Assembly: GCA_963770765.1 (NCBI GenBank)
Contig: CAVYQS010000005.1
Location: 205,242-269,241, forward strand
DNA length: 64,000 bases
Source: an uncultured Actinomycetes bacterium
GTDB lineage: Bacteria; Actinomycetota; Coriobacteriia; Anaerosomatales; PHET01
Reading direction: 5' to 3'
This document shows, piece by piece, positions 9,234 through 17,224 of this stretch. The notes beneath the pieces are model-generated. The model worked only from the letters and a program-made list of their open reading frames with translations, was not told the origin of the DNA and made no database searches. The translations under genes and the position numbers were made by a program. How positions within the stretch are numbered: position 1 is the stretch's first letter; every line of letters starts with the position of its first letter.

Positions 9234-9749
9234 ATGCGCGAGCAAGAAGGCCCGCACGAACCTGTGCAGCCGGAGCCCACAGCGGAATCGGGCGTATCGA
9301 CCCGCATGGTCATCGTGTTTGTCGTGATCGCACTCTTCGCCGGGATCCTCGCTGCGAAGTACCTGTCGCCGTCCCAGCCGGGCGGAAGCGACGGTCTGGC
9401 CGCCCGGGAGTCGCTGACATCGGTGCGCAACGATGCGGCTGCCGACTACGAGGCGGCTGTGAAGTCGGGCAAACCCATCTACGTCCTGTTCCACTCGCTG
9501 AGTTGACAGTCGTGCCTTGAGATCTCGGCGGTCGCCGACACAGTCATCCCCGACTACCAGGACAAAGTCGCATTCGTGAACGCCATCACCGACGACCCCT
9601 CGGCGCAGCAGCTGTCGTCGAAGTTCTCGTTCCAGTACATCCCCTCGTCGTTCTTCGTCATGCCCGACGGGACGGTCTCGGACTCGTATACCGGACCGCT
9701 GTCTGAGAGCGAGATGCGCGCCCGGCTCGACGCGTTGGTCGCCCAGTGA
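9234..9749 (+). CDS. Membrane-anchored thioredoxin-like protein with an in-frame TGA (9504-9506) at the first CxxC position. Candidate selenoprotein (U-Q-S-C).
   Basis: TM anchor MVIVFVVIALFAGILAAKYL. Trx fold reads KPIYVLFHSLS-[TGA]-QSCLEISAVADTVIPDYQDKVAFVNAITDD..FQYIPSSFFVMPDGTV. The frame and coding character continue for 80 codons after the TGA. The final stop overlaps the ccdA GTG (GTGA). Confidence 0.6.
9507..9555 (+). promoter_or_regulatory. Candidate bacterial SECIS element
   Basis: Upper hairpin UCGGC-GGUC-GCCGA (9525-9538). The GGUC loop starts 23 nt after the UGA. A possible lower stem pairs AGUCG (9508-9512) with CGACU (9551-9555). Confidence 0.45.
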
Positions 9750-10450
9750 ACGTTGAGTCGCTCGCGCAGAATCTCACCGCCGGTGCGGCATGGGGTCCGG
9801 TCGCATTCGGGATAGCGTTCCTCGGCGGACTCGTCGCCGGGCTCGGGCCGTGTGTCTTGCCCATGATCCCGGCGGTGTTCGGCTACGTGACCGGCCAGGT
9901 GGGCGAGTCGAAGGGGACGTCACCTCTGCTTCGGGGGCTGGCGCTCTCGGCCGTGTTCGTCTTGGGGATGAGCCTCGTCTTCGCGGCGATCGGTGCGGTG
10001 GCAGGCCTGCTCGGACGCGCACTGATCGTCGACACGTGGGCGTACTACGCCGTGGCGGCCATCTGCGTGGTGATCGGCCTGCAGATGCTCGGGGTCATCA
10101 ACCTGCCCGTGGACCGGCTGAACCGGTGGCTTCCGGTGAAACGGCCCGAGCGTCGTGGTGTCGTGGGGGCGTTGCTGTTCGGCATGCTCTTCGGCCTGGT
10201 GGCGACGCCGTGCTCGACGCCCATCCTCGCTGCGATCGCTGCCATCGCTGCGACGACCGGCAACGCCGCGAAGGGCGCTGCACTGCTGTTCGTCTACGGC
10301 ATCGGCAAAGGTACGCCGCTGCTGCTTCTGGGCATCGCATCCGGCTCGCTCGTCTTCATGCGCTCGGTTTCGAGGATCACGCCGGCGCTCACGAAGATCG
10401 GCGGCGTTGGGATCATCGCTGCGGGTGCGTATCTCGTGTGGATCGCCTGA
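9746..10450 (+). CDS. ccdA: Cytochrome c biogenesis protein CcdA (DsbD-family thiol-disulfide transporter)
   Basis: Conserved GLGPCVLPMIP and VATPCSTPILAA cysteine motifs. Six-TM pattern. Confidence 0.9.
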   Translation: MNVESLAQNLTAGAAWGPVAFGIAFLGGLVAGLGPCVLPMIPAVFGYVTGQVGESKGTSPLLRGLALSAVFVLGMSLVFAAIGAVAGLLGRALIVDTWAYYAVAAICVVIGLQMLGVINLPVDRLNRWLPVKRPERRGVVGALLFGMLFGLVATPCSTPILAAIAAIAATTGNAAKGAALLFVYGIGKGTPLLLLGIASGSLVFMRSVSRITPALTKIGGVGIIAAGAYLVWIA

Positions 10451-10466
10451 CAGAAAGGTGGCACAG

Positions 10467-10847
10467 GTGGACGAAGTCATCATCAAGGTCATCGACCAAA
10501 GCTGCGCTTGAGGCGGCGGAACCGACTGCTGCGACAGCCTCGAGTCCGACCTCGCCGGATATCCGGCGGGTGCGACTTGAACGCTTCCGCTGCAATGGCG
10601 CCTGCAGGTCGTGCAGGCACGGGTTCAAGAATCGACCGGCGTGTCGGTCACAGTGGAGGAGGCAGACCTGTTCGCGCTGACGGGAGCAGACAGGGAAGCA
10701 GCCCTCTCGGGCCTGACCTCCGGTCTCGAGCTCCCGTTCGTGATCGTTGAGGGCGTCCTCGCGTGCTCCGGCGACTTCGATCTGGAGCGCATCGAGCAGG
10801 CCGTGGGGGCGCGTGGTGCCGGCTCAGACACGGCGCCGCTTGGGTAG
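10467..10847 (+). CDS. ArsD/Trx_3-like thioredoxin-fold protein with two in-frame TGA codons (10509-10511 and 10578-10580). Either a candidate selenoprotein or a decayed gene.
   Basis: GTG start with AAAGGTGG as RBS. Reads MDEVIIKVIDQSCA-[TGA]-GGGTDCCDSLESDLAGYPAGAT-[TGA]-TLPLQWRLQ..GVSVTVEE..LELPFVIVEGVLACSGDFDLERIEQAVG. The layout resembles ArsD: beta1, a Cys cluster, then ..LPxxxxDG..G. There is no alternative start codon between the two TGAs. Confidence 0.4.
10598..10620 (+). promoter_or_regulatory. Candidate SECIS hairpin after the second TGA
   Basis: GCGCCUGCA-GGUCG-UGCAGGCAC, a 7-bp stem. The loop starts 26 nt after the UGA. Its apex closely resembles the fdhF SECIS apex UUGCA-GGUC-UGCAC. 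Confidence 0.4.
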
Positions 10848-10874
10848 AAGCTCCACGAGACCAAGGGAGGCGTC

Positions 10875-11060
10875 ATGAGCAAGGGCGACACCGGTGCTGC
10901 GGCAGGGGCGGGAGCCGTGTACGGACTCGGCATCTTCGGAGCGATCATCTACTACATCCAGACGGCTTCGAGCTTCTGGGACGGGCTGATCGGCTTCATC
11001 AAGGCGTTCTTCTGGCCGGGATTCATGGTCTACGAGCTGATGCAGTTCCTCAGGATGTAG
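10875..11060 (+). CDS. Small (61 aa) two-TM membrane protein
   Basis: AGGGAGG RBS. Sequence GAVYGLGIFGAIIYYIQTASSFWDGLIGFIKAFFWPGFMVYELMQF. Confidence 0.55.
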   Translation: MSKGDTGAAAGAGAVYGLGIFGAIIYYIQTASSFWDGLIGFIKAFFWPGFMVYELMQFLRM

Positions 11061-11142
11061 GGGAGGAGCACCGGCGCTGCTATCCTTCTGGCCGACCATC
11101 TCGAGTCGATCCCCGCTCTGAGGGATTCCAGAGGGAGGACGC

Positions 11143-12059
11143 ATGACCGCACGCATCGCGCTCGTCACCACCGACGACCCCGTGCTCCTCGAGCACGAGT
11201 TCGACCTCGAGCCGCTGCTCGCCGAGTTCGCCCGCAGAGGCATCCCCGCCGAGGCGCCCGTCTGGCACGACCCGAGCGTCGACTGGAGCGCCTACGACCT
11301 CGTCGTGATGCGCAGCCCGTGGGACTACTCGGCGCGGACCGTCGAGTTCCTCGCGTGGCTCGACTCGCTTCCCGCGGGCGGCGTGCTCAACCCGCCCGCG
11401 CTCATCCGCTGGAACTTCGACAAGCGCTACCTGCTCGACCTCGCAGGCGCACGGCGTCACCATCGTCCCCACGATCGTCGCCTCCACGCTCGCGGAGGTG
11501 CGTGCCGCCGCCGAGAAGATCGGCGGGCGCATCGTCATCAAACCGAACATCGGCGCTGGTTCGTGGGGTGCGCACATAACGTCAGCAGGCGACCCCAAGC
11601 TCGACCGAGTACGCGGCCGAGGTGCTCGACTCGGCAAGCTCGTGCTCGTCGAGCCGGAGATCCCGGAGATCACGGCCGGAGGCGAGCACGGCCTGCTGTT
11701 CTTCGACGGCGAGTACTCCCACGCGATCACGAAGGGTCCCATCCTCGCCGATGACGGCGGATACCTGGGCGGCGAGTACAGCGAGGACATCACGCCCGTG
11801 ATCGCCGAGTGAAGCCGAGATCGAGCTTGCGTGGCGCTGCAGCCGGGCTATCGCCCAGATCGCCGAGGAGCGCGGGTTCGCCAGCGACGCCGCGACCACG
11901 CCGCTCTACGCGCGCTACGACATCGTGACCGGTGCGAACGGCCCGATGGTGATCGAGGCCGAGCTGTTCGAGCCGAGCTACTTCGTCGAGACCGCGCCAG
12001 GGAGTGTGCGGCGGGTGGTGGATGCGATGGTGGGGCGACTGGAGCTAGAACAGGTCTGA
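11143..12059 (+). pseudogene. ATP-grasp domain protein with at least 4 frameshifts
   Basis: The coding sense jumps frame near 11447-11451 (..LDLAG|HGVTIVPTIVASTLAEV..), ~11604, ~11633 (..KLD|EYAAEVLDS|GKLVLVEPEIPEI..) and 11810 (..PVIAE|EAEIELAWRCSRAIAQIAEERGF..ELEQV*). Confidence 0.65.
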
Positions 12060-12148
12060 GACGGTTCGCCGCCGGCGATTGCCGCGCCCGAGGCCGACCA
12101 GATCAGGGAGTCGGACGGCACCTGGAGGCGGGTAGCGTCGTGCCGTCG

Positions 12149-12177
12149 TTGACCATGTCAGACCACGGTACTACTAT
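12149..12177 (+). promoter_or_regulatory. Candidate promoter with overlapping operator for RHH/PIN module 1
   Basis: TTGACC (12149-12154), N17, TACTAT (12172-12177). GTACT..AGTAC inverted repeat (12168-12183) overlaps the -10. Confidence 0.4.
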
Positions 12178-12212
12178 GAGTACGACCAAGAATCCTACCA
12201 CTTGGAGCACCG

Positions 12213-12502
12213 ATGTCAGTGGAGAAACTGAGCGTATCGCTCCCGGACGTCCTCGCGGGCCGCATTGACGAGCTGGCTGAACTCGACGGCGTCTCGAGAA
12301 GCGCCGTGATCCAGGAGGCCGCAGCGCAGTATGTCGCGTCGCGCGACGCGGTCGTGCGCGAGGTCCGGCGACGTGCCGGGGTGGACGATGCGCTCGCTGG
12401 TTTCGACGAGATCGCGGCGTGCTGGGGAGCCGACGACCGCTCGGGGATTGAGTACCTGGCCGACGTGCGTGGCGAGTCGACGGCAGAGTGGCCCGCGGGT
12501 GA
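12213..12502 (+). pseudogene. vapB: CopG/RHH antitoxin (VapB-like). The 3' end appears frameshifted, so it reads through into the toxin ORF.
   Basis: KLSVSLPDVLAGRIDELAELDGVSRSAVIQEAAAQYV ribbon-helix-helix. The expected stop (GGGTGA at 12500-12502, then GTG at 12504) lies in another frame. Confidence 0.55.
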
Positions 12503-12503
12503 G

Positions 12504-12914
12504 GTGGGCGCGTGCGTCGCTGAGCCGGCGACCCTCGTGCTCGACTCCTCGTGGCGTGAAATGGATCATGCCCGAATCAGGTCATGCCGAGGCGCTCGAT
12601 CTGCTCCGTTCCCACCGCGACGGTTCGGCTCGGATCGTGGTCGCTGCGCACTTCATGCACGAGGTCGTTGCGGTCTCGGTTCGGCACGGCGGCCCCGGGC
12701 TCGGCCGGTCAACTGGCACGCTCTCTCATCGGCGGGGCTGACGGTGATTCAGCTTGACGACCGACTCGCGCGAGCGGCGTTCGATCAGTGCGAGTTACTC
12801 AGTTGCACGTTCTATGATGCGCTGGCTCCGGCGATCGCGACGGAACTCGGCGGGACGTTGTGTTCGTCGGACTCACGGGCGCATTCGCGAGTGGAGGGCG
12901 TGCGGCTCGTGTGA
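12504..12914 (+). pseudogene. vapC: PIN-domain toxin (VapC-like) with two internal frameshifts
   Basis: ATLVLDSS | (G)VKWIMPESGHAEALDLLRS..AAHFMHEVVAVSVRH | LTVIQLDDRLARAAFD..CTFYDALAPAIATELGGTLCSSDSRAH. The pieces lie in two frames. It is a paralog of the gene at 49518. Confidence 0.6.
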
Positions 12915-12999
12915 GGCGGGCAGGGCCAGCGGGATTGCGTCATGATGGATTGGCACCACAGCGGACGACCGATGTGATGAAACTGAAAGGAGCGCCACC

Positions 13000-14362
13000 A
13001 TGATCCCTCGCTACTCCCGTCCCGAGATGGCCCGCATCTGGGACCTCGAGAACAAGTTCGCGATCTGGCAGGAGATCGAGGTGCTCGCGTGCGAAGCGCA
13101 GGCCGAGCTGGGGCAGGCCGGCATCACCTCCGAGGAGGCTGCCCACATCCGCGCGCACGCCGCGTTCGAAGTCGAGCGCATCGACGAGCTCGAAGCCGTC
13201 ACCAACCACGACGTCATCGCGTTCCTCACCAACATGGCCGAGCACATCGACGCCAATCTCGGCGAGGACGACCCCAAGCCCAGCCGCTGGGTCCACTACG
13301 GCATGACCAGCTCGGACCTAGGCGACACGGCGCTGTGCTACCAGATGATGCAAGCGACCGACATCCTCATCGCCGACGTCCGCCGGCTCGGCGAGATCTG
13401 CAAGCGCCGAGCGCTCGAGGAGCGCGACACCCTGTGCGTGGGCCGCACGCACGGCATCCACGCCGAGCCCATGACCATGGGCATGAAGTTCGGCCGCTGG
13501 GCGTTCGCGTGGAAGCGCGCGCTCGACCGGCTCGAGCGCACCCGCGAGAACGTCGCGGTGGGCGCGATCTCCGGCGCCGTGGGCAGCTACTCCAACATCG
13601 ACCCGTTCGTCGAGCAGTACGTGTGCGAGAAGCTCGGTCTGCCAGCCGGAGCCGATGTCGACCCAGGTCATCCCGCGCGACCGTCACGCGCAGTTCCTCG
13701 CCGTGCTCGCGACCGTCGCCGCCACCGCCGAGGAGATCGCGACCGAGGTCCGCGCGCTCCAGAAGTCCGACACCCTCGAAGCCGAGGAGCCGTTCGCCAA
13801 GGGCCAGAAGGGCTCATCGGCGATGCCGCACAAGCGCAACCCCATCACGGCCGAGCGCGTCTGCGGCCTCGCGCGCGTGATCAAGGCCAACGCTCAGGTG
13901 GGCTTCGACAACGTGGCGCTGTGGCACGAGCGCGACATCAGCCACTCGTCGGCCGAGCGCGTCGTGCTCGCCGACTCGACGATCGGGCTCGACTACATCC
14001 TGGGCAAGCTCGAGTGGATCCTCGACGGGATGGTGCTCTATCCCCAGCGCATGATGGCGAACCTCGAATCCACGCGCGGACTCATCTACTCGAGCCGCGT
14101 GCTGCTCGCGCTCGTCGACTCGGGCATGACGCGCGAGGACGCGTACGCCGTGGTGCAGGGTGCGGCGATGAAGGTCTGGGCCGACATCCAGGATGCGGTG
14201 CCGGGTCCGGGATTCCGAGACTACCTCGAGTCGAGCGCAGCGGTGCACGGGGAGTTCCCGCTCGACTTCGGGCAGCTCGAAGAGTGCTTCGACCCGCGCA
14301 GCTTCCTCACGCGTACCGGCGTGCTGTTCGATCGGGTCGCAGGCGCTGGAGTTCTAGGTTGA
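13000..14362 (+). pseudogene. purB: Adenylosuccinate lyase, interrupted by a 1-nt frameshift near 13640-13646
   Basis: N-terminal part MIPRYSRPEMARIWDLENKF..GRTHGIHAEPMTMG..EKLGLPA in frame 1. C-terminal part (E)PMSTQVIPRDRHAQF..GSSAMPHKRNPI.. in frame 2. An extra G in GCCGGAG explains the shift. Confidence 0.8.
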
Positions 14363-14742
14363 GCCCCGTCCTCACCGGCGCCGTCGTCGGCATCCTGCTC
14401 GCGGCATCGCTCTACTCACTCGCCGTCTTCGCCGAGCGGCGCGCGGGCGTGCTGAGGCCGTGGCACCTTGTCGTGTTCTGGGTGGGCTTCGCGGTCGACA
14501 CCACCGCGACCACACTCATGAGCATGATCACCGGCGGTATCGCGATGGACATCCACGGGATTCTCGGAGTAAGCGCGATTCTCATCATGTTCGTGCACTC
14601 GGTGTGGGCGACGGTCGTGCTGGTGCGCAAGGACGATGCGGCAGCTCGGAAGTTCCACACGTTCAGCCTGGCGGTGTGGGCGCTGTGGATGGTCACGCTC
14701 GTCACCGGTTTCGCGCTGTCGCTGCCCAAGGTGATGGGGTAG
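14359..14742 (+). CDS. Small integral membrane protein (about 4 TM)
   Basis: Tail of the 580-aa track ORF: LSPVLTGAVVGILLAASLY..MDIHGILGVSAILIMFVHSVWATVV.. Proposed TTG start overlaps the purB stop. Confidence 0.55.
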   Translation: MSPVLTGAVVGILLAASLYSLAVFAERRAGVLRPWHLVVFWVGFAVDTTATTLMSMITGGIAMDIHGILGVSAILIMFVHSVWATVVLVRKDDAAARKFHTFSLAVWALWMVTLVTGFALSLPKVMG

Positions 14743-14752
14743 GGCTAGTCGG

Positions 14753-15733
14753 TCAGCTTGCCTCCTCCGCCAGCCGACCCTCGCTCCACTTCCAGAAGAC
14801 GGATGCGACGAGCGCCAGCGCCGCTGCGCCAAGCAAGCCGACCGGTAGCGAGACGAGCGGATTTCGCCCCACGAGCAGCAGAAGGTAGAAGCCCCCAAAG
14901 GCGTTGAACGCGCCGTGCAGCATCGCCGGGATCAGCAGAGAGTCCGTGAACTGCCGCGCACGCCACAGCAGGAACGAGAACGGCGTGCACAGCACGACCA
15001 TCGCCAAGATGCCCAAGAACCGGTACGGCGCGAAGTTGAAGCCCAGCAAGATGATCGGTGCGTGGAACAGGCCCCACATCACACCGGTCAGAAGGTTCGC
15101 ACGCACGGCGCCCAGCGGTCTGAGCTCGTCCATCAGGAACCCGCGCCAGCCATACTCCTCGCCAAAGGCGAACAGCCCGTTGACGGTGACGCCGGCCACG
15201 AGCCCGCTCACGAGTGCGATGACGTACAGCAGGCCGAGCGGCGGCATGTTGAGCTCGGAGGCGGTGGGCGGCGTGAGACCTTGGCCCTTCGCGATGTCTG
15301 AGAAGAGCGTTGTGATGCTGTTGACGAGTCCGTCTTGGGTCGTTACCAGCTCGCCCGCGCCGGACAGATGCACGACGTTACCAAAGAAGAGCGCGAACAA
15401 CAGGTAGGCGAAGTAGAGCGCCACAGTCAGGGCCAGGTAGGTCAGCAGCAGTCGGGGCAGCTTGCGCCCGAAGCCGGCGAACGTCGTGAGTATCAGCGGA
15501 CGACGTTCGCCCACACGCTCGGCGACGAGCGCCGAGATGAGCGGCGCCGGCATGTAGATGAACGCGACCGCGAGCTGGAAGATGAGTTGCGCGCTCGTCG
15601 GACCCATGTTCGCGCCGGCCAGGTGCAGGGCAAGTGCCACGAGCGACACCAGCGAGAAGCAGATGCCGTAGAAGATGCCGATGAGCCGCCAGTCGGGCCT
15701 CCGGGGCGCGACCTCGGACACCACACTGTCCAT
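14753..15733 (-). CDS. CPBP family intramembrane glutamic endopeptidase (CAAX protease-like)
   Basis: EEYGWRGFL, FHAPIILL and HGAFNAF motifs. Confidence 0.85.
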   Translation of the reverse strand: MDSVVSEVAPRRPDWRLIGIFYGICFSLVSLVALALHLAGANMGPTSAQLIFQLAVAFIYMPAPLISALVAERVGERRPLILTTFAGFGRKLPRLLLTYLALTVALYFAYLLFALFFGNVVHLSGAGELVTTQDGLVNSITTLFSDIAKGQGLTPPTASELNMPPLGLLYVIALVSGLVAGVTVNGLFAFGEEYGWRGFLMDELRPLGAVRANLLTGVMWGLFHAPIILLGFNFAPYRFLGILAMVVLCTPFSFLLWRARQFTDSLLIPAMLHGAFNAFGGFYLLLLVGRNPLVSLPVGLLGAAALALVASVFWKWSEGRLAEEAS

Positions 15734-15801
15734 GGGAACCTCCTCAGGTCCGCGTTGGCTGCGAGACTACGGGGCGAACCCGTCGCACGCACCAGGCTCC
15801 G

Positions 15802-16752
15802 CTAGTGCCCAGCATGCCCCTCATCCCACGGGCTCCCGTGCCCCGCATGCCCGAAGGCCAACCGTGCGATGGGCGCCCAGCCGTAGAAGTCGCTGACCAT
15901 CGTTGGCTCCATCGGCGCCGCAGCCTGCGGCTCACCGGACTTGAGCGTGCCGTCGAAGAACCCCACCATCTGCGCCCACGCGGCTCCTTGGACGGGATCC
16001 GAGGCGATTCCCTCGGCGTTCTTCACGAAGGCGTGGGGCTGCTCGGGGTAGATCGTCACGGTCGACTCGATGCCGGCCTGCTCCAGCCCGCGCTCGAAGG
16101 CGCGCACGTTCTCGAGCGGGATCGATGTGTCGGCGCCGCCGAAGATGCCCAGGACGGGGCCGTTCAGCGTCCCGAGCCGCTCCGGGTCGGTGACGGGGTC
16201 GCCGTAGAAGACCGAGGTCGCCTGGAGCGACGGGTTGTGCAGGCTGTAGAGCAGCGATGTGCGCCCGCCGAAGCAGAATCCGGTGATGCCGATGCGGGTC
16301 GCGTCCGAGCCGGGCTGCTTCCGGACCCACGCCACCACCGCGTCGAGGTCCTCGTTGACCTCCTCGGCGGGTGTGGTGATCGTCTGGTAGATGGCCCGGG
16401 GGAGGTAGCCGGTGGTGCCGGTGCGGAATACGCTGGGCGCCACGACGACGTAGCCCTCCTGCGCGAGCAGCTCCGCCTTGCTCACGATGTCGGGGTTCAG
16501 GCCCCAGAACTCGTGCACCATGATGACGACCGGGCGAGGCCCGGCGCCGCTGGGAGTTGCCACGAACGCGGGCACATCGGGGCCGCCGGCGCCGGGGATC
16601 GTGACGTTCGTGACCTCGGCCAACCGCTCGGCCGACCCGCGCCCGTCGAGCGCGATGCTGATGGCGAGGAATGCGGCGAGCACGAGCACGAGCGCGACCA
16701 ACCCGCCGAGCACCCACAGGGCGATACGCAGCGCCTTGCGCCACCCGCTCAT
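15802..16752 (-). CDS. Dienelactone hydrolase family protein, N-terminally membrane anchored
   Basis: Start at MSGWRKALRIALWVLGG.. DLH-like VIMVHEFWGLN, GITGFCFGG and HAF motifs. C-terminal HAGHGSPWDEGHAGH tail. The track ORF is over-extended 5'. Confidence 0.8.
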   Translation of the reverse strand: MSGWRKALRIALWVLGGLVALVLVLAAFLAISIALDGRGSAERLAEVTNVTIPGAGGPDVPAFVATPSGAGPRPVVIMVHEFWGLNPDIVSKAELLAQEGYVVVAPSVFRTGTTGYLPRAIYQTITTPAEEVNEDLDAVVAWVRKQPGSDATRIGITGFCFGGRTSLLYSLHNPSLQATSVFYGDPVTDPERLGTLNGPVLGIFGGADTSIPLENVRAFERGLEQAGIESTVTIYPEQPHAFVKNAEGIASDPVQGAAWAQMVGFFDGTLKSGEPQAAAPMEPTMVSDFYGWAPIARLAFGHAGHGSPWDEGHAGH

Positions 16753-17165
16753 GATGCGACCGCCCCCTTCGCCCGTCCGCGCGCCTTCCCGACACCACCG
16801 GACTGAGCGGAGAGCACCACCGTCCCCACGGCGAGCCCGACGATCAGCGCCACCCTCAGCCACGGCGCGAGCGAGGTCTGCGACAGCCACAGCCCGATCA
16901 GGTACGGCAGCAACAGCAGCCACATCGCGACTTGCGCGATGGTGGACTGCGCGCGCACCCACTCCCACGCGGCGTCGAGCCCGCCGGGACCGGCGACGGC
17001 CGTGTACGCGAACGCGAGCCACCCTGCGACCACGACCGCGAGCCAGACCGCCACGACGACCCGCCGCGCGGGGTTCGGGCCGCCGTTCTCGGCGGGTTTG
17101 CCGGTCACTGCGAGCGCGACGAAGCACGCGACCACAACCACCATGCCCACAACCAGCCAGCGCAA
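16749..17165 (-). CDS. Hypothetical membrane protein
   Basis: 138-aa hydrophobic ORF with an ATGA overlap onto the downstream hydrolase gene. Confidence 0.55.
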   Translation of the reverse strand: MRWLVVGMVVVVACFVALAVTGKPAENGGPNPARRVVVAVWLAVVVAGWLAFAYTAVAGPGGLDAAWEWVRAQSTIAQVAMWLLLLPYLIGLWLSQTSLAPWLRVALIVGLAVGTVVLSAQSGGVGKARGRAKGAVAS

Positions 17166-17224
17166 GAGGACCTCCTCGGCGGATCAAGCGCGGCGGAGGC
17201 CCCTCGAGCCTGCCGCGAACGGCC

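Noticed and set aside
10554-10567. Perfect palindrome GCCGGATATCCGGC as the SECIS for the first TGA of the ArsD-like ORF
   Set aside because: Its loop lies about 48 nt from the UGA, outside the usual 16-37 nt window, and the apical loop has no G.
9504-10580. Global TGA reassignment (genetic code 4 or 25) as the explanation for the three in-frame TGAs
   Set aside because: Many well-supported genes in the window end in TGA at the expected C-terminus (ccdA, purF, the synthase, the ATPase, ecfT, and others). TGA is therefore a normal stop here, and only context-dependent recoding (Sec) or mutation fits.
10468-10680. Alternative frame of the ArsD-like region reading ..DIRRVRLERFRCNGACRSC.., which superficially resembles ArsD GVQIERFNLAQQP
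   Set aside because: It is Arg-rich, typical of an off-frame translation. Spacing to the LPFVIVEG motif is wrong, and two extra frameshifts would be needed to connect it to the well-behaved N- and C-terminal parts.
13000-14742. 580-aa ORF
   Set aside because: It is a chimera of the purB N-terminus, an out-of-frame read through the purB C-terminus, and a separate downstream membrane protein.
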